The notes under the pieces were generated by a model. That model had not been told where the DNA came from. It saw only the letters and a list, made by a program, of their open reading frames with translations, and did no database searches. The position numbers were made by a program, and so were the translations under genes. A DNA stretch of 63,332 nt, filler included, from Globobulimina sp. (Eukaryota): NCBI GenBank assembly GCA_003354225.1. It is 14 parts of 14 records of this genome, joined end to end, with 100 filler letters (N's around TTAATTAATTAA, not from the genome) between each part and the next. Parts side by side here need not be neighbours in the genome. Positions count along the whole stretch, not along the records: positions 31,742 to 36,171 come from PIVH01001252.1; positions 36,272 to 40,700 come from PIVH01001253.1; positions 40,801 to 45,228 come from PIVH01001254.1; positions 45,329 to 49,755 come from PIVH01001255.1; 10 more parts are not named here. One strand, written 5' to 3'. Of this stretch, positions 35,490 to 48,300 are shown in pieces. Each line of letters starts with the position of its first letter. Position 1 is the first letter of the stretch.

Positions 35490-36271
35490 TGTTTTCTATT
35501 TAATTCCCTGATGTAGTATGATTGTATTCCATTCCCTGATTCCCAAATAATTATAATTTTGCATTTAATTTATTTTTGCTTCGTTTATAATGCATTCGCG
35601 TGTTTTTTGTTGTTTCTTTGGATAATATTCAATTTATTTTTTTCTCAGTCAAGCGTTATAAATTGATTTCTTTGAAGTTTTGAAGTATTTTTCAATGGTA
35701 TATTCTTTGTATATACCGTAAAAAAACTTAAATTAATAATTAAACAACAAAAGTCAAGAATTACAATACGATTTAAAGGAGATTTTTAAACAATTATAAT
35801 ATGATATAACGCAGACAAAAAAAACAAAACTGGCAGTGTCTCTATTTTAGAATTCATTAATTAGTAAATAAACACGGAAAAAAAATACGAAGAACCCATT
35901 TATATATATAGAAGAACAAAAGGACAGAAGGAAAAAACAAATTAAAATCATTACCAAAAAATCAATATCTCAAAATTGCAATTGATTTATTTAAATAATA
36001 ATCCAATTCTACAAAAAAAAACAATAACAAACAATGCATTGTTATTATATAATAATCTCACTTTAAACAAAAAAAAAAAAAACTAACGATAGATTATTTT
36101 TTTTTTGCAATGGCGTAAGATGTTAATGTTTGGGTGAGGGTGGCCTTATCATTTGCACTATAATTTTTTTTNNNNNNNNNNNNNNNNNNNNNNNNNNNNN
36201 NNNNNNNNNNNNNNNTTAATTAATTAANNNNNNNNNNNNNNNNNNNNNNNNNNNNNNNNNNNNNNNNNNNN

Positions 36272-37145
36272 ATTCAAACAGGAAACTATTATTGACATCG
36301 AAATTGCCGTACGTATGCTGCAATATATTGGGAATAGAAGGCTCATTAAAATGCAATGTTGATAGCTCTGCTGGTGCCCTCACATAAACATCCAATGTGA
36401 AATCTATTCCAATATAATTTGCATCAATATACAAGCCGACAATAATAATTAGCACTAAAACTGCGGGCCATGAGACTACAGCAACTAAAAAAAAACAAAT
36501 TTTAGAGCACCAGATCGGGCAAATTTCCTTGTCCTCCTTGTAAAGGATTTGGATGCATTGTTTGTTGGCGAGCTTACTGATGCCATATATGAAAGATACT
36601 AACGAGGCGTACCATGAAATTTGTTGTATTTTGGATTCAAAACCAGCGTAAGTGACAATGACAAACATTAATATTATTTGTGGAACGTCTTCAAATTGAA
36701 TTCGCAACGCATTGATAATGGATCTGATGCGTTCGTATTTGTGTTGTATGGCGGCCATTGCTATTTTTCTTTGATGATGACTTTCATCGATATCCTCCTC
36801 ATTGTGTATTGTATCCATATCTTTTATATCATTGTTTGTCAATTCTATGATGGATGCAGCCGTTTTACTATCTTTATTTTGCTCCTTCTCGAATTTGTTC
36901 AGTTTATTGGTGAAATAAATGGTATTGACTATTCTGAATAAGATAGCAGTTACGCCCAATATTGAAAATATTAACTGAAATGTTATAATCACTGTTTCAA
37001 TATTTTGCCTTTGTACTCGACAGAATATTGATCCATTTTTCAAATCGTAGCAGAGTAAAATATCCGTGATTGCATCATAAATCCCAATGGCCACTCCAAT
37101 CAATTCTTGTGATACCAGCTTCAGAGAGAATTTTTTACAACCCAT
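36272..37145 (-). CDS. Multi-pass membrane protein, 3'-truncated
   Basis: Several TM helices with D..TD and EDVPQ motifs; likely start MGCKK at 37145. Confidence 0.65.
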
Positions 37146-37198
37146 GGCTTTGGATTTATGGCAAGTTTTAGAAATTTCTCGAAAAACTTTACTTGATA

Positions 37199-40183
37199 AT
37201 GTCTCCAAATATAGCAAATATTAATAATATAAAAGCCACAAAATTATTGAAGCAATTGTATCAAAACAAATCAAAGAATAAATTATTGAACGGATCAAGT
37301 GTAAAGGAAGCATGTCGTATCTATGAGAACATAAACGAAAGTAAAAACCACTATGTTATCAATACCATTTTAAAAGTGTTTATTCATAGCCAAAATCCTG
37401 AAATGGTGCATAAAATCTGGATCGACATTCAAAACATAAACAATGTCTCATACCCATTGGTGCTTAAATGTTTGCTAAATATTAATAATTTGACACCATT
37501 TGACATTGATCACTGTATTCAGACATTGCAATGTATTGCAAGTAACAAACATAATATGAACATGAATACATATCAACTAAAATATTATTCATTCAGTGCA
37601 TCAAAGTTAATCACCAAATGTTATGATATAAAACAATTGAAACAAATTCATAAATTATTAAAGCACATAAATCAAAACGACATTTATATATACACTGCTT
37701 TGATATCTTCATATTCTAAATGCAATGACATAAATGCTGCGGAAAATATATTTTATTCAATAAATGAGAAAAATAAAGATATTGCATGCATAAACTCAAT
37801 GATTACCGCATTCCTTCACCACAAATCTAATCAAAAAGCATTTGATTTATACACTTATTATGAGCATAGTATCACCTCTGCAGACAACGATATATTCACT
37901 ATGTTAGGAATGAGAGCTTGCATTAAATGTAAACAGTACACAAAGGGCAGACAAATAACTGATCAACGCATTGAACACAGCAATATTAACACATACAACA
38001 CACAGTTAAACCATACATTCATTGAATTTTATGGTGAAATTGGTGATGTTTCAAATGCCACAAAGATATTTTATGCAATTGACAATGATAAAAAAGATGT
38101 TGTAACCCTTGGAACCATATTAAAAGCTTTAATTAATAATAATTATAATCAGCTCGCCTTGGACTTGTATTATGATGACAAGCACTGCCAATTAATCAAT
38201 GATACCTCGACTTTGTTGGCTTTAAAGGCATGTATAAATATGGAATCATTTGATGCCGGACATAATATTGCTTTATGTATAGAAAAAGATATAAATCAGC
38301 ACAGCATTCAATTAATTAATTCGTTGATTGATTTTTATGGATATTTTGGACAAATATCGGCAGCAAAAAATATATTTTATCACATTGATGATAATAAAAA
38401 AGATATTGTCACTGTCAATTCAATGATGACAGTTTTGAATAAAAATGGATATTATACTGATTCATTGTCGCTCTATGACACATATTATAATACAATTGTG
38501 ATTGCAATGGGTTTGCTGCGTCATGGATTGCAAGATGTGACAAACATTTTAGCCTTAAATGCTTGTTGTAATACTAATAATTATGAGAAAGGAAAGCATA
38601 TTCATTATAATATGCACGCTTTTGAGTATTTATTGTCCATTGTACATGTTAATAATGCTTTGATTGACTTTTATGGCTATTTTGGCGACATAAATAATGC
38701 TGAAAAGGTATTCAGTTTAATGCAATATGATAATATTGACACAGTGTCAATTAATTCAATGATTAAATTATATCTTCACAATGGACATAACCATAAAGTA
38801 TTGAACATATATGAAGAATATAACAGTTTAGTTGATGATATATCACATTTTAGTGTTCTTAAAGCATGTCTAGTACTCAATGAGTATGACATTGGCAAAG
38901 CTATTCATGATAAAATTGGAGATATTAATGATTTATATTTGAAAACAACACTGATTGATTTTTATGGTCATTTTGGGAAAATTGAGGTTTGTAAAACATT
39001 ATTTGATTCCATTGCAGATAATGAACAAACTTTTGCTTCAATCAACGCGATGATGAAAGCATATTTAAATGCAAACAACAATTCCAATGTGTTGCTATTA
39101 TATCGAAAATATCATAAATTAGCAGATATTGTCTCGCATTTAAATGCATTAAAAGCTTGTATTTACTCTGACGATTTCAAACAAGGCAAACTTATTTATG
39201 CGGATATTCCTCATATTTTGCATGAGATTGAACAACTACAAAATACACTGATTGAGTTTTATGGGCATTTCGGGAAAGTTGATGTCGCAAAAAAAATATT
39301 TGATGGAATAAAAAATAAGGATATTATTAATATTAACACTTTGATGGAAGTGTATTGCAAAAATGAAATGAACACTGAATGTATTGATTTATTTTATAAT
39401 ATTGATAAATTGGATGGATTGTCAGCAGATATTATTTCATTTGTGCAGGTATTGAAAGCATGTACGCAGTCTACGTCATATCATTTCGGTTCACAAATTC
39501 ATAAAGATTTGTGCGAAAATTATCGTCCGTATTTAGAAGATGCCTCAATTATTATCCATTTAATTAATTTATATGGAAAATGTGGAATGATTGGCATTGC
39601 TGAAAATATATTCTATGATACTTATGAGAGAAATAAAAATGAGATTGATATTAATATTTGCCACGCGATGATGAAGGCGTATGGAAGAAATGGAAATGTT
39701 ATCGGTACAGAAACGATTTACAATCAATATATTTGCTCAAATAAAAATAACAATGTCGCAGATAAGAAAACATATATTTTATTAATAAATGCTTATACAC
39801 ATTGTGGATATATTAAACAAGCAGAGGATGTTTGGTTAAATGAGATAAGTGAAGAGAATGTAAAATATGATTGTTATGTTATCACGAGTTTAGTTGATTG
39901 TTTTTCAAGGAATGGGTGTTTGGAGAAAGCAAAGAAATTAATTGAAGAATATGAAATAAATAATGAAAATAATGTGCATTCTGCAATGTGGGTATCATTA
40001 ATAAATGGATGTAAAATGTTTGAAAATAAGGAAATGGCTCATACAGTTTACAACATAATGTTAAATAAACCTGCAATTGATAGTAAACACATGGCATCTG
40101 CTTCAATTCTATTGTCAAATACTTTTGCGCCTGATCATGATCCAAACCATACAGTCCATAAATTGTATAATGTAAGAGAATAA
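37199..40183 (+). CDS. PLS-class pentatricopeptide-repeat (PPR) protein with E-domain-like C-terminus, no DYW
   Basis: ~100-aa triplets (LKAC...GK.IH / N.LIDFYG.FG....A..IF / D.V..NSMM..Y). Ends in SLVDCFSRNG.LEKA..LI..MWVSLINGC..ILLSNTFA. Confidence 0.92.
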   Translation: MSPNIANINNIKATKLLKQLYQNKSKNKLLNGSSVKEACRIYENINESKNHYVINTILKVFIHSQNPEMVHKIWIDIQNINNVSYPLVLKCLLNINNLTPFDIDHCIQTLQCIASNKHNMNMNTYQLKYYSFSASKLITKCYDIKQLKQIHKLLKHINQNDIYIYTALISSYSKCNDINAAENIFYSINEKNKDIACINSMITAFLHHKSNQKAFDLYTYYEHSITSADNDIFTMLGMRACIKCKQYTKGRQITDQRIEHSNINTYNTQLNHTFIEFYGEIGDVSNATKIFYAIDNDKKDVVTLGTILKALINNNYNQLALDLYYDDKHCQLINDTSTLLALKACINMESFDAGHNIALCIEKDINQHSIQLINSLIDFYGYFGQISAAKNIFYHIDDNKKDIVTVNSMMTVLNKNGYYTDSLSLYDTYYNTIVIAMGLLRHGLQDVTNILALNACCNTNNYEKGKHIHYNMHAFEYLLSIVHVNNALIDFYGYFGDINNAEKVFSLMQYDNIDTVSINSMIKLYLHNGHNHKVLNIYEEYNSLVDDISHFSVLKACLVLNEYDIGKAIHDKIGDINDLYLKTTLIDFYGHFGKIEVCKTLFDSIADNEQTFASINAMMKAYLNANNNSNVLLLYRKYHKLADIVSHLNALKACIYSDDFKQGKLIYADIPHILHEIEQLQNTLIEFYGHFGKVDVAKKIFDGIKNKDIININTLMEVYCKNEMNTECIDLFYNIDKLDGLSADIISFVQVLKACTQSTSYHFGSQIHKDLCENYRPYLEDASIIIHLINLYGKCGMIGIAENIFYDTYERNKNEIDINICHAMMKAYGRNGNVIGTETIYNQYICSNKNNNVADKKTYILLINAYTHCGYIKQAEDVWLNEISEENVKYDCYVITSLVDCFSRNGCLEKAKKLIEEYEINNENNVHSAMWVSLINGCKMFENKEMAHTVYNIMLNKPAIDSKHMASASILLSNTFAPDHDPNHTVHKLYNVRE

Positions 40184-40646
40184 AAAACTTACTTTGAATC
40201 TGAATCTTCCTTTGTAGGGTTGACCTGACCACACTGACTTTTCGTCATTTTGCTTGCCTTTTGAGTTGTTGGATTGTGTCAATCAAGATAGGTTCTAAAA
40301 GGAAAAAAATAATATTCAATCAAATGCAACTCTCAATGAAATAAATAATATTCAATCAAAATATAACAAACAATCAAACACAATATACATACACCGTTAT
40401 ATTTCTCCCTAAAAAACCAAACACAGAAACAAAAAAGCCAAACACAGACTGTATTTTTTGTATTACTTTGCTTCTTAAGTTGAACCTTTTCATCTTGCAA
40501 TTGTTTTATTTTTGCAGTAAGTTTTGTTTTATCTATGATTATTGTATGTATCAATGATAATAATTGTGATGTCGATGGCGGAATAAACTTTAATGGAATG
40601 TCCAAATCATAGAGAGTCGGTCGTCAAAGAATGTATAAATATGCAA

Positions 40647-40696
40647 ACATACATACATACATACATACATACATACATACATACATACATACATAC
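40647..40696. repeat. (ACAT)n microsatellite at contig end
   Basis: About 12 perfect ACAT units. Confidence 0.97.
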
Positions 40697-41330
40697 CTGT
40701 NNNNNNNNNNNNNNNNNNNNNNNNNNNNNNNNNNNNNNNNNNNNTTAATTAATTAANNNNNNNNNNNNNNNNNNNNNNNNNNNNNNNNNNNNNNNNNNNN
40801 TATAAATAGTTTTATAATATACAAAAATTAAACAATTACACATTTTATAATATAAATTACATATTAAATTACATACACATTTGCCAATCCATTTGCATTA
40901 CGCCCAACAAATCCATTTTTTTTCAAATATTGCACCAAACCGGTTCTCTCAATAAATTTCTTCATCGCCTCAGTGTAGTCATATCTCTGTGTAAGGAACC
41001 AAAAAAAAATACACCTTAATTCGCCGCTGCTATACCTTATATTTGATCGTTTTTTTACAGAGTTATTTGAATTATTATTGTTATTATTATTGTTATTGTT
41101 ATTATTGTTATTATCATGCGGCAATAAACCTAATCTTAAATACAATGTCGTCATATTGAAATTTACTGTTTTTCCATTACGAAAATCTTTCCGTTCACCG
41201 CCGTTAAAACATATATCAAATCCATCTACGGTGGTAAACCCATAACCAATTCTAATATACGATAATATGCCATTATAAGTTGCAATAAATTCTGGATATT
41301 TATATCCATTCACCACAAATAAATCATTAT

Positions 41331-41945
41331 TCACCACAATTTTTTTAATTTATCCGGTTTATTATGTTTGCTTTTCCATTTTGTGTATTCCATAACGGTC
41401 AAATCGCCGTCGTTGTTAACATCAATATCATCAAACATAGCCATTGCGATATTGGATGGAAAGCCAATTTTCGTCACAAAATAATCCACAAATTCCTGTC
41501 GATCAACCTCTCCGCTCCCATCTGCATCCAAATGCGCTGCCTGGACATGTAATATTTTTGTAAATAACCATTTATGATCTTTCTTAATTTCGCTTTTTTT
41601 CTGTAATTTGGCCTCATTTATCCAACGATGAATGGCAACCAATTTTATATGCGTAGCATCAGAATGATCCATGTCATCATAGACTAATTGGAGTAGTTGT
41701 TTGTTATCCAACGTGCCGCTGAAATGAGCGGCAAACTCATTAAAAGTATATAGGTTATCGCCGTCATCCGTTACTCCTACGGTTAATATTGAAAATTTGG
41801 ATGGATGATCACGTATCATTTTAGCTACAGCAGATTTCCATTTCTTTTTATCTGCTGCATGTAATTTAATCAAATCTCGTTGCCTTTCGGTTGTACATTG
41901 CCAATTATCATCCTCTTTAACAGCTGTCATTATGGGTAAATTCAT
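41331..41945 (-). CDS. EF-hand calcium-binding protein
   Basis: Canonical loops DADGSGEVDRQE and DVNNDGDLTVME, plus two degenerate loops. Confidence 0.85.
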   Translation of the reverse strand: MNLPIMTAVKEDDNWQCTTERQRDLIKLHAADKKKWKSAVAKMIRDHPSKFSILTVGVTDDGDNLYTFNEFAAHFSGTLDNKQLLQLVYDDMDHSDATHIKLVAIHRWINEAKLQKKSEIKKDHKWLFTKILHVQAAHLDADGSGEVDRQEFVDYFVTKIGFPSNIAMAMFDDIDVNNDGDLTVMEYTKWKSKHNKPDKLKKLW

Positions 41946-41973
41946 GTAACTAAACTAGAAAACTTTTAAGAAA

Positions 41974-43180
41974 ATGTCAGGATGCTACGTATACCAACTC
42001 TGCTGTGTGAAAGTGTTTTCGTTGACGATATTAATGTTTGCATTATACAACTTTTATATTATAGCAAGGATTATGCATATATCTGAACAAAGAGTGTTAA
42101 TATCGCATGCAAAACATGACGATGTTTCACGGTATAAAAGAACGAATTTTACTTTATGTGATTTGTGTTATAACTCACGGATTTATCTCGGTGCACATCA
42201 TAAGGAATGTTATTACTTTTGTGCATTATTCAAATACATATAAGTAAATGTAATATAATATAATATAAACACAGACTGGCACTCAGTTACTAAATTATCA
42301 ACTTTCAAGAAAGACCATTGCTCCGTATCTGAAAGAACAATGTGATTCCGATTCAATGACAAAAAAACGCAACATATTTAATGAAAACTACCATTTGGAT
42401 GCCACTGCGATTGACCGTTGGTTGAGAAATGCTGTTAAATCCATCACCAAATTTAAAAAAAAAAGCAAAAATAAGAATGCATACAATTCGCCGCATCATA
42501 TTGTGATCTTGAATATTATTCGAAATCCAGTGGATACTGTTATATCTGCATATAATTATCATCGTAAATGCTCTGAAAAGTGGACACAAGTTCCATTGCA
42601 TGAAATAAGTGCATTACCTTTCAAATATCAGGAAGAAAATGAAAATAAATGCACATCGGAATTATTTATAAAGCTGACAGAATCAATGGGTGTCTCATCC
42701 AACGTATCTGTGAGCGAATTATATACAAATGTGTTGAATAAATCCGAAGGGATTTATTTTGAATATTTGAGATATGTTCGTTGTTGTTTTGATGAAATAT
42801 ATTCCAGCTATTCACGCATAATGCAATTAGCCAAAGGGAAACATGATATTTTTAATTATTATGATTATGATTTAATGCATTTTGATAATTTAAGAGCAGA
42901 ACAATTTGCTGATAATTTCCAAGAAAGCTGCAGAAGTTTAATGGATAAAATAGGAATTTTGGAAAATGCTGATAGGGAGTTTTTGTTGTCAAAGTTTGTG
43001 AAATTTGATTTAAACGAATATTCAGCTGCAAAACTCTCAAAAATGGTGCATGTAACGACAGGTAAATTTGATAAAGACCACCAATTAAAGATATTGTTGC
43101 GTGCAAATGACAGATGTAATGCACTCAAGCAAGAATCCAGTTTATTAGAATATAAATGGAGTTATGATGCGTTTTGTTAA
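41974..43180 (+). CDS. Type II membrane (Golgi-type) sulfotransferase-like protein; 2 exons
   Basis: N-terminal TM helix. 5'-PSB-like HHKTGT is formed across intron 42205-42274. 3'-PB-like IRNPVDTVISAYNYH. Confidence 0.8.
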
Positions 43181-43280
43181 TTTTTGCATTTTTGCAACAT
43201 GCACTTTCATAATAAGACTAATATTAAACATTGTCTAATTTTAATTAATTATACGTAAATTACCAACATTTAATTAAGTC

Positions 43281-44552
43281 CTATTGACCTAACAATAAAT
43301 AAACAATTTTTGCAAAATCTAGTAATGTAACAATGAAAACAGTATTATTGTGATTTGAAGTATTACTTTTTTGTATTCCTAAGTCGTTGCAATATTTCGC
43401 GATGCATAAATTTAATTTTTGTTTGTGGTTTTCTTCATTTCTATAAAAAGATGGTGGTAATTCGAAATCGGAGATTGAATCGTATAGATTTTCTTTATTC
43501 ACACAACATTGTTGTGTATTATTTTTTGTTGGCATTGCAATTTGATCAAAAATATCTATTATTTTATTTTTTAATTCATTTTCCTTTTCAAATAAATGAT
43601 GAATATCGTCGACATTTGTTAAAGCTCGTATTATTTTGCGTTCTTTGCGTATATTTTTAATTTCTTGCGATAAGACGGAATCAGGATTTATAAGACTCAA
43701 TTCAGTCAATTGTGGGATTACATCCTTTTCAGCATTCATAGCAATACCAACCTCATTTATATTCACAAAATAGCCACATTTTGCTATGCCGTTCACCCAT
43801 TCGGCCACATATAATTTATTATCATTGATAAACTTACAATATCCGGGACCTTCTTTTTTGTTATTCATCCAATAGCCAATGTATATATTTTTTTCTTTTC
43901 TATTGGTATGTATCCCAAATCCATTTTTTTTATTAAATTTCCAATCACCTTCGTATTTATCACCATTTTGATAATACATAATTCCGTTTCCACAGCGTAA
44001 ACTTTCACAAAATATACCTTCAAATTTATCGCCATTCTTGTAATGAAATGTGCCTTTTCCGTGTTTTAAATCATTTTTCCATTCACCTTCATATTGTTTA
44101 TGTAATGTTTCTGATGATTCTCTCCTATTTCTGCTTTTGTTTAATTTATTATTATATAATTCGTCTCTGAGTGATAGCAAATGGTTAACGTTTGCCGATG
44201 TATAGGAAGACAACTCAGAGCTTGTTTTATTAAAAACAGACATAACATCATCATCATCGTCAGTTGTAATGTGGGCATTCTTTTGTTTGCAATCTGCAGA
44301 TTCTTTTGTTGCTATCCAATATACGCCATAACCATTACGTTTATTACATTTCCAGTCTCCTTCGTATTTTGATGCATTTGACCATATTTGAACACCATAA
44401 CCATCTCTTAAATCATTTGACCATTCACCAGTGTATGTTTTACCAATTTCCCACTCTTCCTGCGATTCTATATCTAGGCTTGCATCATTTTTCCTATTTT
44501 TTTTACGATTAATTTCATAATAACTGCAAAGTCTGGCTGCTGGTTCCTCCAT
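43281..44552 (-). CDS. MORN-repeat protein (MORN3-like)
   Basis: Repeated Y.GEW.N..(R/K).G.G units (about 7). Confidence 0.9.
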   Translation of the reverse strand: MEEPAARLCSYYEINRKKNRKNDASLDIESQEEWEIGKTYTGEWSNDLRDGYGVQIWSNASKYEGDWKCNKRNGYGVYWIATKESADCKQKNAHITTDDDDDVMSVFNKTSSELSSYTSANVNHLLSLRDELYNNKLNKSRNRRESSETLHKQYEGEWKNDLKHGKGTFHYKNGDKFEGIFCESLRCGNGIMYYQNGDKYEGDWKFNKKNGFGIHTNRKEKNIYIGYWMNNKKEGPGYCKFINDNKLYVAEWVNGIAKCGYFVNINEVGIAMNAEKDVIPQLTELSLINPDSVLSQEIKNIRKERKIIRALTNVDDIHHLFEKENELKNKIIDIFDQIAMPTKNNTQQCCVNKENLYDSISDFELPPSFYRNEENHKQKLNLCIAKYCNDLGIQKSNTSNHNNTVFIVTLLDFAKIVYLLLGQ

Positions 44553-45148
44553 TGTTTAAAACTAGTACATCTATTATGAGAAATGTTTACGTGTAATAAT
44601 CATAAAGATCGGCAATTCGACAATGTTTGATGGCAGGAATACTTTTTACATGTGCTGAGTCGAAGTTTTTCCTAAGAAGTGCTCGAGCTCACTTTCAAGT
44701 TTCAATGAATCTGACAATACCTACAGCTACAACCGACATAAGCAATGACTTTCAATTAAGATCATGCAAATTTAAAAGAGTAAAACGAAAATCTAACCAA
44801 TCAACACCAACACACACATTATGTGCATTTAATTTAATTAAATTACAATATATCAATATGTCAAACAAAAATAAATGTTTATTAATCGCCTTGGATGAAG
44901 AAATTGATGATATAAATCCAATAATTCAATTCACGTCGGTCGCTCGTACACAAAATAGATATGTCCCATCGTGCAAAATGCCACATTCGCCGAGACCATC
45001 AAGTTAATTTAGAGCGCATTTAATTGGTTTCTATGTAAGTTGACTTGTTTAATTTACGTTATAATTTGTACGTTATAATGTACACATTTGACTTTTTAGG
45101 CTTAAACTTCTAAACACTTCTTTTGTGTTTGGCAAGGTTTTTGGGTTA

Positions 45149-45228
45149 GCTAGAATGGTTTTCAACCTAGTATTCGAAGTTGACCTAGGTTTCGAATCCT
45201 AGTATTCAAAGTTGAAAACCACTCTAGC
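45149..45228. repeat. 80-bp element with 18-bp terminal inverted repeats and an internal direct repeat
   Basis: GCTAGAATGGTTTTCAAC pairs with GTTGAAAACCACTCTAGC (1 mismatch); CCTAGTATTCRAAGTTGA occurs twice. Confidence 0.7.
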
Positions 45229-45328
45229 NNNNNNNNNNNNNNNNNNNNNNNNNNNNNNNNNNNNNNNNNNNNTTAATTAATTAANNNNNNNNNNNNNNNN
45301 NNNNNNNNNNNNNNNNNNNNNNNNNNNN

Positions 45329-48300
45329 AGAAGCATCATTGAACAAAACATCGACGTTTTTGGAGGAACTGCTAACATTTATATCCCAAAAAAATGAAAT
45401 AGATATATCTGAGTTGAGATCATTGGTTGTATTGGATGTGACGGCAACAATTGAACTCTACAGCTGTGGCGATGAAACATTTAAAATCATGGAGAAAATT
45501 GGTAAATGGTGTTGTGGATTGAAATTTGTACCATTAATATTGATCGAATCAGCCGAGATATTTAATGTTGCTTCTTTCAGTAACAAATACATCCCAGAAT
45601 TGTTACATTATATCCTTTCAGATCATGTTAACATTGATTGTAACAAGGCAGTGACTTTAAAATATACGCCAGCACAACAACCAGCCATTGAAGAATATCT
45701 GAACAAAATAATAATGAATGGAAACATGAATGCCATTGTGAAGGCATTGTATTTGAGCAATTCTCTACCAATGTCAGCAGATAACAATGCAACCGATGCC
45801 ATTCATCAAATTCCTGTCTCTGAGTTAGTGCGAGACTTATTTGAGCAAAACAAATATGCTGTGATTGTTCATTTGATTGATTTTTTTTTCGATGAACCAA
45901 GCGTATGGGGGATTGATGATGTATCAAATTTTATGGACGGTGAAACATTGACATATCAAATGGTTTCACTAAATTATGTGATCAAAGCGAATACAGATCC
46001 CGCGCGTATTCCATATTTGGAGGCGTCATTGAACAGAATATCTTGTTATATTGATAGAGAAAATGGCAAATACATATCAACCACAAAAAATGTGAAATTA
46101 TTGATCAACGCAGATGTGTCAGCCTCCATCGATTTGTTTGCAGAGAGGCCAAGCGATTATGATAAAATTTTCAGTAAAATTGAGAAATGGTGTAATCGAT
46201 CACCAACCTCATTGGTATTATTTGTGTCAGGAACATTTAATGGAATGCAACAACAACAAATATTTGATGTGACAGCATTTACGGATAATTCTGTTGTATT
46301 TTTACTGCGTTATATTTTCCAATGCAAAGCAGAGCGTATTAACAGAAATCAACAAATTACCATCAGATTCGATGAAGCTCAACAACCGATAATACAGCGA
46401 TTTATCGACAAAATGATCGAAGATGCAACAAACACTGATCAACTCATATTAGCTTTGTTAGGAAGTTCTTCTTTAAAATGGAATATTAATATATACATTG
46501 CTGCAGCATCAAAATGTCAATCGTTGCTGTCTTGTAATGATATTGCTATCATTGACATGCTTTTAAGAGATCCATCAAAGCAAAATCAATGCAGAAAGCT
46601 AATGGAAACACAATTAATTGAGTTTTTTGGAAGATTGGTTCGCAAAACAAGTTCTCCAAAAGCATTTTACAGCAAAATGGGGCAAATCTATAAACATTGT
46701 TACTGTGCGTACACCACAGAAACTGCACTAAATGTATTATATCCATTGTTCGATTCATGTCTTATGAGTAAAGATATTGAAACTGCTCAAGAAATATATG
46801 AAATGCTTCCTGAATCACAATGTATCAAAGGATGCTTTACACACAGAAATATGACGAAATTGGCTGATTTGGTGAGTTCATTGCGTTCGGATGGAATGTA
46901 TAGATATACAATGTCTGAAATTATCAGTTGGTTCACGAAGGTATTCATGTCTGAGGGCGACCGTATATTTTCTGATACATTGAGTAACTTTTTTGCTGAA
47001 TCAACCAAAATAAATCAATCAAGTTATCAGTGTGGTTTTATTATCAATTTCTGTGATAACGTAAATCGATTGAAACCAATATGGAACATCACAGAACAAC
47101 ATTTGCTTCAATCATTTAAAATTTTATCTCATTCAAGAAAGCCAATAGAATTATTTTCAAAGCTAATTAAAATTTATGAGAGATGCCATGTTATTCCAAC
47201 AACCAAAATGGCTCAATCCATATTATATCCGGCCGTGGATCCATTTGTAAAAAGCGTGGACCAAAGGAATATTTCTGTCAATTCTGTGCAATCACAACTA
47301 TTGAATGCATGTTTCACTGCGAAAAATATGATGAGATTGGCAATGGTATCCATTTGGTTTTGCGATCAAAGGCAATGGTTAATTGATGAAATCAGCAATG
47401 GGTTTTCAGCATTTTTGCAGCACAAATCCAAACCAGAAATTGCACCGATTATCAGTGAATATTTAAATAAATTATTTCACAAAAATAAATATGAAATGGT
47501 TGTTGATATCGCAAATGCTTTGGTACAAAATAAATTGCATATTGGTACACGAGGAAACATTGTGCGATCATTATCAATGTTGCAAATAATAAAAACGAAC
47601 CAAGACACTGATACCGACACCATTCAACGATTAGAAATGTCATTGGATTCAATATCATCGTATCTTGAAACCTTAGCAAATGCTCATGATAGGGCTCAAT
47701 TGTCTGACCATCATCAATCGACACAATATTTGGAAAAATTAATACAATTTGACGTGATATCAACCATGGAATTATTTTCAAACAATGCATATAATTGTAA
47801 TCTTTCTAAAATAATGATGAAAATTGATAAATGGTGTAATCGAGCAATTAGATCATGGATATTATTCGATGCTTTTCCCGATTCATTTGATGGAACTCAG
47901 CAAACACAAATATTCAAATTGTATGCATTCGATAAAGATAAGTATACACCACGGTGGTACACACAATTTGTCTTACATTATTTGATTAATTTTCGAGGTG
48001 ATAATATCAACAGAAATATAGAATTAAATCTGTTCTTCAATTCATCGCAAAAAGCAATCATTGAGGATTATGTTCAGAAAACCATCGAAAACACAGACAA
48101 TCCATTAGAAATATTGTATGCTTTGATGGTGAGTCATTCATTGCCGATATCAAACATTGATTTATATTTATTGGCATCAAAAAGATTTTCATCATTGGAA
48201 ATAATCAACATTTTGCTCATTAATTCAAAACAAGAACTTTGGAGAACAGTTACAGAGCGACAAATATTTGAATTGGTGCAATCTGTGGCACGCAACACCT

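Noticed and set aside
40864..41337. ORF with poly-Asn overlapping the EF-hand stop; possible fusion or frameshift
   Set aside because: No recognisable domain and no clear splice path; may be an AAT/AAC-repeat-containing fragment.
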